From contig CAVRAL010000004.1 of assembly GCA_963719085.1 (NCBI GenBank), positions 960,001-1,024,000 on the forward strand: DNA of 64,000 bases. The letters are read 5' to 3'. Below, piece after piece: positions 1-11,034 of the stretch. This stretch comes from a candidate division FCPU426 bacterium. GTDB lineage: Bacteria > Oederibacteriota > Muellerivitia > Muellerivitales > Muellerivitaceae. The translations under genes were made by a program, and so were the position numbers. The notes under the pieces were generated by a model. The model was not told the origin of the DNA. It searched no databases and saw nothing but the letters and a program-made list of their open reading frames with translations. Numbering within the stretch: position 1 is the stretch's first letter; every line of letters begins with the position of its first letter.

Positions 1-235
1 GCTCAGCCTCTCGGCGGCGGGCCGGCTTTATTGGAACAAGCAAATGATCGATTTCAATGAGTTGAAATTAAGGCTCCAAGGGCTGAAGGCGACCGACCCG
101 GACCCGAAAGTTTTCATCCACGCCGACGCGAAGGCCGATTACGGGGATGTGGTCCAGATCCTCGATGGGTTGCGGGAAGCGGGCATTCAGAAAGTGGCTT
201 TGCGCACCAAGGCCCGCGAGCCCCTGTCGCCATGA
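1..235 (+). CDS. exbD: ExbD/TolR biopolymer transport protein, C-terminal part (5' truncated by window edge)
   Basis: Frame is open from base 2; VFIHADAKADYGDVVQILDGLREAGIQKVAL is the ExbD/TolR C-terminal motif; ATGA overlap with the TonB gene. Confidence 0.85.
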   Translation, partial: LSLSAAGRLYWNKQMIDFNELKLRLQGLKATDPDPKVFIHADAKADYGDVVQILDGLREAGIQKVALRTKAREPLSP

Positions 236-783
236 GCCTCCTGGGAGTGGACGCGCGCTTTCTTTTGGCCGCGGCGGTTTTGCACGCGCTGGTTTTGTGG
301 GCCGGAAATTTCGGCGGCCAAAGGGCCCAATATGGAATCGCCGCTTCCGTCGGATCCTCGGCGGTTCAGCCGGCCCCCCTGAAGCCGGAAGAATCGGATA
401 ATTTAACTCTGGACTTAAGCGATCAGGCTTGGGACGCGCCGCGCCGAAGGCAAAGGCCCGCGCCTCGGGCGGCTCAGCCGATTGGCACGGGGGAGACTAA
501 AGAATCCCCTGGATACCTGCTGAATCCCCATCCGCCTTATCCGGAAGAAGCCCGCCAGCTTCGCCAAGCCGGACAGGTCCTTTTAAGGGTGAAGGTCGAC
601 GACCAAGGAGCGGTGGAATCCGTGGAGCTGGCGAAAAGCTCCGGTTATCCTTTGCTCGACGAGTCGGCGCTTAAAACCGTGGAAAGTGAGTGGAAATTTC
701 AACCCGCCCGTTTGGCCGGGGTGGCCGTGTCGTCCACCGTGGATGTGCCGATTGTTTTCAGCCTGACGGACGGAGCCCCTTAG
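232..783 (+). CDS. tonB: TonB family energy transducer
   Basis: N-terminal TM helix with LH, Pro-rich linker, TonB_C motifs PPYPEEAR, GQVLLRVKVD, SSGYPLLDESAL, WKFQPA. Confidence 0.9.
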   Translation: MSLLGVDARFLLAAAVLHALVLWAGNFGGQRAQYGIAASVGSSAVQPAPLKPEESDNLTLDLSDQAWDAPRRRQRPAPRAAQPIGTGETKESPGYLLNPHPPYPEEARQLRQAGQVLLRVKVDDQGAVESVELAKSSGYPLLDESALKTVESEWKFQPARLAGVAVSSTVDVPIVFSLTDGAP

Positions 784-787
784 CGCG

Positions 788-826
788 TAAAAAAAGCCCC
801 GGCCTTTTTTAAAGACCGGGGCTTTT
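788..826. terminator. Bidirectional intrinsic terminator between tonB and aconitase
   Basis: AAAAAAAGCCCCGG-loop-CCGGGGCTTTT between convergent stops. Confidence 0.8.
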
Positions 827-856
827 GATTATCCAACGCGACTTTAGAAAATGGGG

Positions 857-2842
857 TTATTTCTTGGCTTTGGCCTTAGGCTTGGCCGCCGCTCCCGCGG
901 GAGCCGCGCTTTGCTGCTTGGTCCAATTGAGCAGGCCCCCCGCCGTGATAATTTCTTTCTGCCGCTCGGTCAAGCCATGGGTGACTTGGAGGGTCTTGCC
1001 CGTGGTCAGGTTTTTCAGCGGGAAAGGATGATCGGCCTTCATGACCTGCTTGAGGTCGGGAACCTCGATTTGGTCGCCTTGGGAGATGGCCTCGTAATCG
1101 GCCGCCTGGATGAAGGTCAAGGGCAGGATGCCGAAGTTGATGAGATTGGCCCGGTGGATCCGCGCGAAGCTCTTTACCAGCACCGCCCGCAGGCCCAAAT
1201 ACATGGGCGCCAGGGCCGCGTGTTCCCGGGACGATCCTTGGCCGTAATTGTCGCCGCCCACGACGAACCCGCCGCCCAGTTCTTTGGCGCGCTTCGGGAA
1301 AGTGGGATCGATGATGTTAAACACGAATTCCGAGATGGCCGGGATATTCGAGCGCAAGGGAAGCACCTTGGATCCCGCCGGCATAATGTGGTCGGTGGTG
1401 ATATTGTCGCCCACCTTCAAAAGCACCGGGCCTTCCAGTTTTTCGCTCAAGGCTTCTTTAATCGGCAGCGGTTTGATGTTGGGGCCGCGGACGACCTCCA
1501 CTTTTTTCGGGTCCTTCGCGGGCGGGATGATGCCGTCATCGTCCCAGGTAAACTTGTCGGGCACCTCGACTTTGGGCGGTTTGCCCAAGCTGCGGGGGTC
1601 GGTGATTTTGCCGGTCAAGGCGCAAGCCACGCAAACTTCCGGTGAGGTCAAATAAACCTTGGCGTCCCGGGTTCCCGAGCGGCCCTCGAAATTACGGTTG
1701 AAACTGCGGATGGAAACGGCTCCCGAGGACGGCGCCTGTCCCATGCCGATGCAGGGCCCGCAAGCGGACTCGATGATGCGCGCGCCCGAGGCGATGATAT
1801 CGGCCAAGGCGCCGTTTTTAGCGATCATCTCGAAAACTTGCTTGGAACCGGGGGTAACCGTCATGGACACGTTGGGGTGGATATGTTTGCCCTTGAGCAT
1901 CTTGGCCACCATCATCAGGTCGCGGTAAGAGCTGTTGGTGCAGGAACCTACGCAAACCTGTTGGACATCGATGTTCTTGAGCTTCGCTACCTCAATCACG
2001 TTGTCCGGGCTGTGGGGCTGGGCGATCAGGGGCTCAAGCTTGTTCAAGTCGATGATGAGTTCCTCATCATAAGTAGCGCCCGTATCGGCGGCTAAGGGCG
2101 CCCAATCTTTGCCCCGGCCTTGGGCCTTCATATACTCCCGGGTGTTCTCATCCGAAGGGAAGACGGAGGTGGTGGCCCCCAGCTCGGCCCCCATATTGGT
2201 GATGGTGGCTCGCTCCGTGGCCGACAGGCTTTTCACGCCTTGGCCCGTATATTCCAAAATTTTTCCCACGCCGCCCTTGACCGTCAGTTGGCGCAAAACT
2301 TCCAGGATGACATCCTTGGCGGTGACCCAAGGCTGAAGCTTGCCCTTGAGCTCCACGCGAAGCACCTTCGGCATGGTCATATAGAAGGGGCCGCCGCCCA
2401 TGGCGACCGCCACGTCCAAACCGCCGGCGCCGATGGCAAGCTCGCCCAAACCGCCGCAAGTGGGGGTATGGGAATCGGAGCCTAAAAGGGTCATGCCGGG
2501 AACCGCGAAGCGTTCCAAATGAACCTGATGGCAGATGCCGTTGCCGGGCCGGGAGAAATAGATGCCGTGTTTGGCGGCCACCGACTGCAGGTAGCGGTGG
2601 TCATCGGCGTTCTCAAAGCCGGTTTGGAGCATATTGTGGTCCACGTAAGAAACCGAGAGTTTGGTTTGGACCTGGGGAACGCCAATGGCCTCAAACTGAA
2701 GGTAGGCCATCGTGCCGGTGGCGTCTTGAGTCAAGGTTTGGTCAATCTTGATGCCGACTTCCTCGCCGGCGATGGGTTTGCCCGAAACCAGGTGGGCCTG
2801 AATAATCTTTTGAACTAAATTCAACCGGGGAGTGGCAGCCAT
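857..2842 (-). CDS. Aconitate hydratase (short, about 660 aa type)
   Basis: TQDATGT, DHN, GICHQVH, GSDSHT, Fe-S ligands GSCTN and CGPCIG, FNRNFEGR, ITTDHI, YGQGSSREHA. Confidence 0.95.
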   Translation of the reverse strand: MAATPRLNLVQKIIQAHLVSGKPIAGEEVGIKIDQTLTQDATGTMAYLQFEAIGVPQVQTKLSVSYVDHNMLQTGFENADDHRYLQSVAAKHGIYFSRPGNGICHQVHLERFAVPGMTLLGSDSHTPTCGGLGELAIGAGGLDVAVAMGGGPFYMTMPKVLRVELKGKLQPWVTAKDVILEVLRQLTVKGGVGKILEYTGQGVKSLSATERATITNMGAELGATTSVFPSDENTREYMKAQGRGKDWAPLAADTGATYDEELIIDLNKLEPLIAQPHSPDNVIEVAKLKNIDVQQVCVGSCTNSSYRDLMMVAKMLKGKHIHPNVSMTVTPGSKQVFEMIAKNGALADIIASGARIIESACGPCIGMGQAPSSGAVSIRSFNRNFEGRSGTRDAKVYLTSPEVCVACALTGKITDPRSLGKPPKVEVPDKFTWDDDGIIPPAKDPKKVEVVRGPNIKPLPIKEALSEKLEGPVLLKVGDNITTDHIMPAGSKVLPLRSNIPAISEFVFNIIDPTFPKRAKELGGGFVVGGDNYGQGSSREHAALAPMYLGLRAVLVKSFARIHRANLINFGILPLTFIQAADYEAISQGDQIEVPDLKQVMKADHPFPLKNLTTGKTLQVTHGLTERQKEIITAGGLLNWTKQQSAAPAGAAAKPKAKAKK

Positions 2843-3038
2843 GGACAGCCTCCATCGTTAATTTCTGAATCTAAGGATTATTCGTCAAGAAAGGAACGTT
2901 CCTATTATGGGAGGGGCCCTTTGACGAATTCAACCCAAAAGCCCCGGCTGGTTCTTGAATTTGGCCCTTAAAATCCCCAAACTAACCCCGGTGAGCCGTT
3001 TTCACGCCTGTTTTTCAAATGAATCCTAAGGAAATTCC

Positions 3039-3260
3039 ATGGCCCAAGCCCTTTTCAAAATAAAAGGAATGACCTGCAATCATTGCGTTCAAACCCTGCA
3101 ATCGGTTTTAACCCAAGTGCCGGGGGTGAAAGAGGCTGTGGTGAGTTTAAAGGACCACCAAGCGACCCTCCTATATGAGGGTCAATTGGAAGCTAAAGCC
3201 GTATTGGACGCGGTGGCCGAAGCCGGTTATGAAGCCGCTTTGGCTCAGACCCGGCCTTAA
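3039..3260 (+). CDS. copZ: Copper chaperone (HMA domain)
   Basis: GMTCNHC metal-binding motif, 73 aa, directly upstream of the P1B ATPase. Confidence 0.9.
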   Translation: MAQALFKIKGMTCNHCVQTLQSVLTQVPGVKEAVVSLKDHQATLLYEGQLEAKAVLDAVAEAGYEAALAQTRP

Positions 3261-3302
3261 GGATTTAAAAGTTTTCTTTTGATTAAAGGACAACAAGACA
3301 TC

Positions 3303-5561
3303 ATGCCTTTGGTTTCCGAAAGCCCCGCGCGCGCCGCTTCCCCCGACCATCCGGTCATTCTTTCCATTGAGGGCATGACTTGCGCCTCCTGCGCGGCCCG
3401 AATTGAGCGAAAACTTAAAAGCACTCCCGGCGTGCGGGAAGCCAGCGTCAATTTCGCCTCCCAAAAAGCTTATGTGGGAATCGCGCCTGACTTCGGCGGC
3501 CTTCAAAGGCTGGAACAGGCTGTCGCGGCGGCGGGCTATGGGGCGAAGGTCTATCATCCCAACCAGGAGAACCGTCCCTCTTTTTCCTTCCGGCAGGAAG
3601 AACACCGGCTGAGGAAGCGGCTGATCGTCGGGGCGGTTTTTACCCTGCCCTTTTTAGTCAATCACGCGGTTGGAATGTTTGGCCCCTTTGAGCTGCCGGT
3701 CATTCTCCAATTCGCCTTGGCTTTGCCCGTTTATTTTGTGACCGGGTGGGGGTTTCACCGATCGGCCCTCAACCGCCTTCGGCATGGGGAGGTGACCATG
3801 GACACGCTGGTGTCGCTGGGGTCCACCGTGGCTTTCGCCGCGTCCTTGCCGGCTTTGGCGGGCGGGCACGCTTCCGCGCCGGTTTATTTTGACGCCGCCT
3901 CCCTCATTCTTTTTTTCGTGGCCTTGGGCCGTTACCTGGAAAGCATGACCAAACGCCGGGCGGGAAACGCGCTGGAACTTTTAATGGACCTGCGGCCCCA
4001 ATCGGCCCATATCTTAAAAACCAGTTATCAAGTCGACGTCCCTTTGGAAGCCGTGGGGCCGGGCGATCTTCTTTATGTCCGGCCCGGGGAACAGATCCCG
4101 GTCGACGGTGAGGTGGTGGAAGGCAAGGGCTGGGTGGATGAGTCGCTGTTAACGGGCGAATCCGCTCCCGTGGAAAAACGCCCGGGCCGGCCCGTTTACG
4201 GCGGAACCTTGAACGGTCAAACTCCCTTGACCTTGCGGGTGGAACAAGTGGGGGAAGAAAGCGCGCTGGGCCGGCTCATCCAGTTGGTGGAAGAAGCGCA
4301 AGGGTCCAAGGCGCCCATTCAAGTTTTGGCTGACCGCGCGGCGCTTGTCTTTGTGCCGGCGGTTCTTCTGATAGCCCTGGCCACCTTTCTCGGATGGGTT
4401 TTTCTCGCGGGCGCGCCTTGGAGCCGCGCGCTGGAGCAGGCGGTTTCAGTTTTGGTCATCGCCTGTCCCTGCGCGTTGGGGTTGGCCACGCCGGTGGCGC
4501 TCATGGCGGGCGTGGGTATCGCGGCGCGCCGGGGCATCCTGATCCGCCGGGCGGAAGTTTTGGAGAAGTCCGAAAGCCTTCAAGATTTGGTTTTCGACAA
4601 GACCGGAACCTTGACCGAAGGCCGCCCCCGGCTGGTCGATCTTTTGGTGACCGAGGGGTGGAGCGAGGAAAAAGTTTTGCGTTACGCCGGCGCGTTAGAA
4701 AAAGGGGTGAACCATCCCCTGGCCGCGGCGGTTTTGCGGGAGGCCATGCTGCTCGATCTGGTTTTGCCGGCCACGGAAAACGTGACCGAGGTGCCGGGGG
4801 CTGGCGTGAAAGGCTGGGTGGAGGGACATCAAGTGGCGGTGGGGACCAAGGCTTTTGTGGAATCGATCGAGGGCGTGATTCCCTCGCCGCAGGTTCGCGC
4901 CAACGCGGAAGCCTACCGGCAAGCGGGCCAAACAGTTTCGCTGATGGCCATCGAGGGGCAAGTCGTGGGGGTTTTCGCCATGGAAGACCCGGTGCGGCTT
5001 CGCGCCAAGGAAGTGGTGGGAGAGCTTAAAAAATTGGGGCTTCAAACCCATCTATTGACCGGCGACGGACCGGTCGTGGCGGCGCGGGTGGCGGCGCGGG
5101 TGGGCGTGGACGCCTTTCAGGCATCGGTGAGCCCCGCTGAAAAATTGGACTATGTGCGAAAACTCCAGGCCGAGGGAAAAAAAGTGGCCATGGTGGGCGA
5201 CGGTTATAACGACGCGCCGGCTTTGGCGGCGGCGGATTTGGGGATCGCCATGGGCTCGGGTACGGACGTGGCCAAGGCCTCCTCGGACATTATTCTTTTG
5301 CACGGGGAAATGGAAAAGGTGGTGGAAGCCCTGACCCTTTGCCGGCAAACCATGCGGGTCATCCGGCAAAATCTTTTTTGGGCTTTTGGTTACAACTTAA
5401 TGGCCCTGCCCTTGGCCATTTTCGCGAAGGTGCCGCCCTCGCTGGCGGCGCTGGCCATGGCGCTGTCCTCGCTTTCGGTGGTCTTGAACGCCTTAAGACT
5501 TTATCGGATTCCCGCCGGGCCCCGGCCGGAGATTTCGGAGGATTTCAGCCCCGCTTCTTGA
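3303..5561 (+). CDS. copA: Cu(I)-translocating P1B-type ATPase
   Basis: [33 protein letters not shown] and MALSS motifs; ATG 3303 preferred over TTG 3279. Confidence 0.93.
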   Translation: MPLVSESPARAASPDHPVILSIEGMTCASCAARIERKLKSTPGVREASVNFASQKAYVGIAPDFGGLQRLEQAVAAAGYGAKVYHPNQENRPSFSFRQEEHRLRKRLIVGAVFTLPFLVNHAVGMFGPFELPVILQFALALPVYFVTGWGFHRSALNRLRHGEVTMDTLVSLGSTVAFAASLPALAGGHASAPVYFDAASLILFFVALGRYLESMTKRRAGNALELLMDLRPQSAHILKTSYQVDVPLEAVGPGDLLYVRPGEQIPVDGEVVEGKGWVDESLLTGESAPVEKRPGRPVYGGTLNGQTPLTLRVEQVGEESALGRLIQLVEEAQGSKAPIQVLADRAALVFVPAVLLIALATFLGWVFLAGAPWSRALEQAVSVLVIACPCALGLATPVALMAGVGIAARRGILIRRAEVLEKSESLQDLVFDKTGTLTEGRPRLVDLLVTEGWSEEKVLRYAGALEKGVNHPLAAAVLREAMLLDLVLPATENVTEVPGAGVKGWVEGHQVAVGTKAFVESIEGVIPSPQVRANAEAYRQAGQTVSLMAIEGQVVGVFAMEDPVRLRAKEVVGELKKLGLQTHLLTGDGPVVAARVAARVGVDAFQASVSPAEKLDYVRKLQAEGKKVAMVGDGYNDAPALAAADLGIAMGSGTDVAKASSDIILLHGEMEKVVEALTLCRQTMRVIRQNLFWAFGYNLMALPLAIFAKVPPSLAALAMALSSLSVVLNALRLYRIPAGPRPEISEDFSPAS

Positions 5562-5635
5562 CAGCCCCGGGAGGCCTTTTTATCCTACCTGCACTTCACC
5601 TCGTTGGTGAACCCATCCCTTGAGCGAGGTGTTCC

Positions 5636-6772
5636 ATGAAACGTTCCTTTTTAACGATTGGGTTATTTTTTGTGGCGGCGGGGTTTCTGACCTCCTGCGG
5701 CCCCAAGGTCAATCCCAATGAAATCGTGATCGGGGAATACGGCGCGCTCACGGGGGCCGCGGCCACTTTCGGCCAATCCAACCACGAGGGCGTGCTATTG
5801 GCGGTGGAAGAGATCAACGCCGCCGGAGGCATCAATGGAAAAACCTTAAGAGTGATCAGCCTGGATGATGAGGGCAAGCCCGAGGAAGCCGCCTTGGCGG
5901 TGACCAAACTGATCACCGAAGACAACGCCCAGGTCATCATCGGGGAAGTGGCCAGCTCCAATTCTTTGGCCGCGGCGCCCATCTGCCAACAGCACCAGAT
6001 CCCCATGATTTCTCCCTCGTCCACCAATGTCCAAGTCACCCAGGTGGGGGATTATATTTTCCGCATGTGCTTCATTGACCCCTTTCAAGGCCAGGTCATG
6101 GCGGATTTCGCCATGGGAAAACTCAAAGCCAAGACCGCCGCGGTGTTCCGGGACCAAAAGAGCGATTACAGCATGGGATTGGCCGACGCCTTCGTGAAGC
6201 GCTTTAAGGAGAAGGGCGGCGTGATTGTGACCGACCAGAGCTATGTCCAGGGGGACATCGACTTTAAGTCCCAGCTCACCACCATGCGGGGGAAGAAACC
6301 CAATGTTGTTTTCATCCCCGGCTACTACACCGAAGTGGCTTTGATCGCCAAGCAAGCCCGGGAATTGGGAGTCAAGGTTCCTCTGTTGGGGGGGGACGGC
6401 TGGGATTCCTCGAAACTTTTTGAGATCGGCGGAGCGGCTCTCGACGGCTGTTATTTCTCCAACCATTATTCGGCCACCGCGCCGGACCCCAAGGTGCAGG
6501 CTTTCGTGAAAAAATACCAAGAACACTATCAGCATATCCCGGATGGTTTGGGGACGCTGGCTTATGACGCCACCGGTTTTTTGGGGGTCGCGCTTAAAAG
6601 CGCCAAAAGTTTTTCCGGGCCGGATATCCGCGACGCTTTAGCCGGAGTGAAGAACTATCCTGGAGTGACGGGGACGATTACGCTGGACGCGAATCGCAAT
6701 CCCATTAAGTCGGCGGTGGTGTTGAAAATCGAGGATGGAAAAGCCGCGTATGTGACGACGGTCAAGCCTTAA
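5636..6772 (+). CDS. livK: Branched-chain amino acid ABC transporter substrate-binding lipoprotein
   Basis: Lipobox LTSC, AVEEINAAGGINGK, GEVASS, GGDGWD; Leu-binding periplasmic fold. Confidence 0.88.
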   Translation: MKRSFLTIGLFFVAAGFLTSCGPKVNPNEIVIGEYGALTGAAATFGQSNHEGVLLAVEEINAAGGINGKTLRVISLDDEGKPEEAALAVTKLITEDNAQVIIGEVASSNSLAAAPICQQHQIPMISPSSTNVQVTQVGDYIFRMCFIDPFQGQVMADFAMGKLKAKTAAVFRDQKSDYSMGLADAFVKRFKEKGGVIVTDQSYVQGDIDFKSQLTTMRGKKPNVVFIPGYYTEVALIAKQARELGVKVPLLGGDGWDSSKLFEIGGAALDGCYFSNHYSATAPDPKVQAFVKKYQEHYQHIPDGLGTLAYDATGFLGVALKSAKSFSGPDIRDALAGVKNYPGVTGTITLDANRNPIKSAVVLKIEDGKAAYVTTVKP

Positions 6773-7205
6773 AAGACGAAAAAAGCCACCCCAAGGGGAA
6801 GTAGGGTTGGTTTAAAAATCCACAAGCTGATTTCTTTTGATCGCGGGCGGCCTTTTTTCAAAAAACCGCACCCTTGTTGTCCGAAGTCCGCCCCGGCAGG
6901 TCTTGGCGGGCGCGCTGAATTGGTTGCCTTTCACCGCGGCCGATTCGATCATCGTGAATTCATTGAAAAACCCAGCGGTAGGCGTTTGGCTTGGGCCTTG
7001 CGGCCCCGCCCGAGGTCTGTTTTTTTTCGCGGTTGAGAGTGTGATCTTTTTTCACTGTCACGTTTTTTTTCGCCCGATTTTTGGGAGCCGCGGTTCTATT
7101 TTCCCCTTCCCGGGATTTTGAAACCACTTTACAAACTGTTTTCTTGAAAAGGCTTTTTGGTTTTGATTCTATAGAGGGGCTTGCCGACGACCACTGGAGG
7201 AGCCA

Positions 7206-8480
7206 ATGGCTAAAGGAACGCTCATGCACAAAACCAACCCCGGCTCATTCGACCTGCAGGAAGTCATCGATGGCGAGTTGATTGAATCCCATTTCCAACC
7301 GATCGTCTCGCTCAAGCGCAAACGGGTCGTGGGATACGAGGGCTTGAGCCGGGGCATTCATCCCGTGGATCAATCCCTGATCTCGCCGGTGGCCTTGTTC
7401 GTCGAAGCCGGCGTCCAGGGGCTTCAATTGGAACTGGACCGCCTCTGCCGCAAAAAGGCGATGGAAAGTTTCAGGTCCCTTCCCGGCAACGCCTCTGATT
7501 TTATTTTATCCCTGAACCTGGACGCTTCCGTGATGGACCAAGGCGCGGCGGGATCGGGCCATTTACGCAATCAGGTCATGGAAATGGGCCTCAATCCCAG
7601 TAATATCGCCATCGAGATCATTGAATCCAATGTAGACGACATGAAAGAGCTTCAAAAATTCGTCCACACCTACCGCGGTTACGGCTTTCTCATCGCCTTG
7701 GATGACGTGGGCGCGGGTCATTCCAACTTGAACCGGATTCCGCTTATCCGGCCCGACATCCTGAAAATCGACCGCTATTTGATCCAGGACATCCAAGGCG
7801 ATTTTTACAAGAAGGAAGTTTTGAAATCGCTTTTAAGCATGGCGCGGCACTTGGGCACCCTGATCATCGCCGAGGGGGTGGAAACCGAGGAAGAGTGTAT
7901 GACCTTGTTGGACATGGGCGTGGATATGATTCAGGGTTATTTTTTCGCCAAGCCCCTGCCGCCGGCCAAGCTCGACAACGCGGCGGTGCTCGATAAGGTG
8001 GAGCGCTTGGGAACGGCGTTTAAACAGAAGCTCATTCGCAAAATCGACCGCCGGCGCTTCAACATGGATAAGTATTATTCCATGATTTTGGAAATGCAGA
8101 TTGATTTGGAAAAAGCCCCTCCCGCGCAGTTTGACGCCCAGTTGGAAACCATGATCCTGAAATTTCCCCAGGCCGAGGCGCTTTATGTTTTGGATGAGAG
8201 CGGCCTGCAGGTAACCGAGACGGTGTTCGACCCGCGCGCCAAGACCCGGCGCAACCCGGTCATGTTCCATCCCGCGTTAAAGGGATCGGACCATACCTTG
8301 AAGGATTATTTTTATTTCCTGATGGAGGCCGATTTAGGGAAGGCGAGTTTCGTGACGGAGCCCTACCTGTCCATGGCCTCGGGCAACGTCTGCGTGACCT
8401 TGTCGGCGCTTTTCAAGGATTCGGAGCAGAAAAAGTACATTCTCTGCATCGACATCAGCACCGAAGGCCTATCGGTTTAA
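7206..8480 (+). CDS. EAL-domain c-di-GMP phosphodiesterase with YkuI-like C-terminal sensor domain
   Basis: HFQPIV, YEGLSR (EAL variant), IEIIE, ALDDVGAGHS, KIDR, AEGVE, QGYFF; C-terminal TEPYLSMASG. Confidence 0.88.
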   Translation: MAKGTLMHKTNPGSFDLQEVIDGELIESHFQPIVSLKRKRVVGYEGLSRGIHPVDQSLISPVALFVEAGVQGLQLELDRLCRKKAMESFRSLPGNASDFILSLNLDASVMDQGAAGSGHLRNQVMEMGLNPSNIAIEIIESNVDDMKELQKFVHTYRGYGFLIALDDVGAGHSNLNRIPLIRPDILKIDRYLIQDIQGDFYKKEVLKSLLSMARHLGTLIIAEGVETEEECMTLLDMGVDMIQGYFFAKPLPPAKLDNAAVLDKVERLGTAFKQKLIRKIDRRRFNMDKYYSMILEMQIDLEKAPPAQFDAQLETMILKFPQAEALYVLDESGLQVTETVFDPRAKTRRNPVMFHPALKGSDHTLKDYFYFLMEADLGKASFVTEPYLSMASGNVCVTLSALFKDSEQKKYILCIDISTEGLSV

Positions 8481-8647
8481 AAAAATCGGAATCATTCAAA
8501 TCGCAAAGCAAGACCGTCCAAACATTGATCGAGGCTGATAAGGCCCGATTTTTTCGCTTCAAATATCAGCCTTCATCGGGATTCATCATTGTTTCAAAAA
8601 CGGGCCTTGCTCGCTTTGTCAAAAGCATGGTTCCGAAACAAATTAAT

Positions 8648-8810
8648 AATGATGGACGCCGATGCCCCACATCTCGTTTATTAAAATTGTTCAAGTGGAT
8701 GTGGGACAATACCGCCCTCTTTAAAGCCTTAAAGGAAGGGCGGCAAGAACGCGGATGAAATTCTTCGGTTGATGTTTATTCGATATCGGCGTTTATCCGC
8801 GCTCATCATT
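8648..8810. repeat. Palindromic intergenic element, copy 1 (AATGATGGACG...ATCGGCGTTYATCYGCG..ATCATT family)
   Basis: Ends AATGATG and CATCATT are reverse complements; internal hairpin 8712-8743; shares both end motifs with 22447-22529. Confidence 0.55.
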
Positions 8811-8824
8811 GTAAAATGCCCGCC

Positions 8825-9964
8825 TTATTGCAGTTCCAAAAGGCTGATCTCCGGCGGAAGGCCGAACCTGAAAGGGATCATCCAAAAACCCGTGCCGACC
8901 GTCACGTAAAGCTGGCAGCCCTGTTTCTCATAATGGCCCATGTGCCAGGGCGTGAAAGCTTTCGCCAAAGACCAATCCAAAAACCGGATTCCCAATTGTC
9001 CCCCGTGGGTGTGGCCGCTCAAGGTCAGTTCCACCTTGTGCCGCACGGCTTCCTCAAAGGCGTGGGGTTGATGGGCCAGAAGCACCGTGGGGGCGTTCTT
9101 GGGCCGGCCTTTAAGGGTTTTAGCCAGGTCCGGGGACAGGTCCTGGAAGCGCGCGTGCCGGTTCGCGGCGTAATCCGAAAGTCCGGCGATCCAAAGGGCG
9201 GATTTTCCCCGGCGAAGGGCGAAGCCTTGATTGACTAAAATCCGCAAGGCGCTGCCTTTCAGCTCCGCGATGGTCTCGTGGCCGCCCCCATAAAGGTCGT
9301 GATTGCCCAGGATGGCCACCATGGGAACTTTCGATTGGGCCTGTTTTAAACACCGTAAAAACTTAGGGATGTAATAAGCGTTGTCATCGGTGATGTCCCC
9401 GGCGATCACGATGAGGTCCGGGTGATTGCGAAGCGCGATTTTAATAAATTGCCGGAGGCGCGAGGGCCTGGTGAAAAGTCCCACGTGCAGGTCCGACAGC
9501 ATGGCGATTTTGAATCCCCGGAACGCGCGGGGCAGGCGGGGAATCCCGACCTTCACCCGGGCCACGTGCCATCCCACCAGGGCCTGGGCCATCCCGATGA
9601 TCCAAACGACCGCGAGAAAAACAAGATAGGCGTTAGCCAGCGGATGGGTGAAGGCCGTAAAGGATACGAATCCCATCGAACAACGCAGGCCCCAGAAGAA
9701 AGTATCCAAGACCAAAAAGAGGGAAAACAAAACCATGAAAAGGGTCCACATAAACCAAGGCGGGCCCAAATAGGCCCGGGCCCAACGCAAACGGGTGGTG
9801 GTTTTTCGCCGGAAAATTTTGGGGACGAAGATCCAAAGAATGTTGCCAAAAAAACAAGCGAGTAAAAACCAATGAAAATAAGAGGGGTAAAGGACCCCCG
9901 TGGCGGCCAAGGTCGTGACATTAAATAAGAGGAAGGCACCGATGATCAGAAAAAGTTTGATCAT
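8825..9964 (-). CDS. Membrane-anchored metallophosphoesterase (YkuE/YaeI-like)
   Basis: N-terminal TM helices, SDLH, GDITD, GNHD, LAHQP, SGHTHGGQ, PPEI; ORF can extend upstream to 10045. Confidence 0.9.
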   Translation of the reverse strand: MIKLFLIIGAFLLFNVTTLAATGVLYPSYFHWFLLACFFGNILWIFVPKIFRRKTTTRLRWARAYLGPPWFMWTLFMVLFSLFLVLDTFFWGLRCSMGFVSFTAFTHPLANAYLVFLAVVWIIGMAQALVGWHVARVKVGIPRLPRAFRGFKIAMLSDLHVGLFTRPSRLRQFIKIALRNHPDLIVIAGDITDDNAYYIPKFLRCLKQAQSKVPMVAILGNHDLYGGGHETIAELKGSALRILVNQGFALRRGKSALWIAGLSDYAANRHARFQDLSPDLAKTLKGRPKNAPTVLLAHQPHAFEEAVRHKVELTLSGHTHGGQLGIRFLDWSLAKAFTPWHMGHYEKQGCQLYVTVGTGFWMIPFRFGLPPEISLLELQ

Positions 9965-10129
9965 GGCTTTGGGAGTGGGCAAGGCCGGTCCGTTTCTTTT
10001 TAAGGTTTCTTTTCTTACTATTCGGCGTTCCCGGGCCTTTGTCAAGGCAAGCCGGCGGCCTCGTTTTTATATTGGGGGTTGGGGGTTTCAAGGTACAATC
10101 GGGCCCAACGCCAGTCCTGAAGGAACGCG

Positions 10130-11032
10130 ATGGAAGGATTTTTCCAGCTGCTTTTAAATGGAACCGCCCTAGGCTCCATTTACGCCTTGATTGCCTTGGG
10201 TTACACCTTGGTTTACGGCATTTTGAGCCTCATTAATTTCGCCCATGGGGACTTGGTCATGGTGGGCGCCTATACGGGCCTTTTCGCCGCCCTGGCCTTG
10301 GGCGCGGCCGACCATCCTTCCCCGGGCCGTTTTTTTCTGGTGCTTTTAATCGCCATGCTGGTCTCCGCCTTGGTGGGGCTCGCCATTGAGCGATTCGCTT
10401 ACCGTCCCCTGCGCAACGTGCCGCGGCTTAACCTTTTGATCACGGCGGTGGGAGTCTCGCTTTTACTGGAAAACCTCGGCCAAGTGTTCTTTGGCGCCAC
10501 CCCCCGGGTGTTTCCCGACATCATGCCGTCCGTCAATCTTTTTCAATTCGACCAGATCGGGATCAGCAACCAGCAAGTGGTTGTTTTCGGGACCGCGTTG
10601 GTTTTGATGGTTATTTTGGAATGGATCGTTCAGAAGACCCAGCTGGGGCGCGCCATGCGGGCGGTGTCCCACTCCCATGAGACGGCGGCCTTGGTGGGCA
10701 TCCCCACGGATTTCATCATCGCTTTTACCTTTGCCATCGGCTCGGCCTTGGCGGCGGCGGCGGGCATTTTAGTCGGGATTTCCTATCCCCGGGTGGATCC
10801 CTTAATGGGCATCATGATCGGCATGAAGGCTTTCGTGGCCGCGGTTTTGGGCGGCATCGGCAGTATCCGGGGCGCCGTGGTGGGCGGGTTTCTTATGGGC
10901 ATCCTGGAGGCTATGGTAGTAGGTTACGGCTCGTCCACTTACCGGGACGCTTTGGCCTTCATTACTTTAATTCTCATCCTTCTTTTCAAACCGGCGGGGC
11001 TTTTTGGCAAGTACCAGCCGGAAAAAGTTTGA
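10130..11032 (+). CDS. livH: Branched-chain amino acid ABC permease
   Basis: GSIYALIALGYTLVYGILSLINFAHG, GRAMRAVS, KAFVAAVLGGIG. Confidence 0.93.
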   Translation: MEGFFQLLLNGTALGSIYALIALGYTLVYGILSLINFAHGDLVMVGAYTGLFAALALGAADHPSPGRFFLVLLIAMLVSALVGLAIERFAYRPLRNVPRLNLLITAVGVSLLLENLGQVFFGATPRVFPDIMPSVNLFQFDQIGISNQQVVVFGTALVLMVILEWIVQKTQLGRAMRAVSHSHETAALVGIPTDFIIAFTFAIGSALAAAAGILVGISYPRVDPLMGIMIGMKAFVAAVLGGIGSIRGAVVGGFLMGILEAMVVGYGSSTYRDALAFITLILILLFKPAGLFGKYQPEKV

Positions 11033-11034
11033 TC

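Noticed and set aside
7040..7056. CRP-like site TGTGA...TCACT upstream of the EAL gene
   Set aside because: Spacer is 7 bp rather than 6
6773..7205. c-di-GMP riboswitch or small ORF in the 430-bp gap
   Set aside because: No GEMM core motifs recognised; the short ORFs lack coding features
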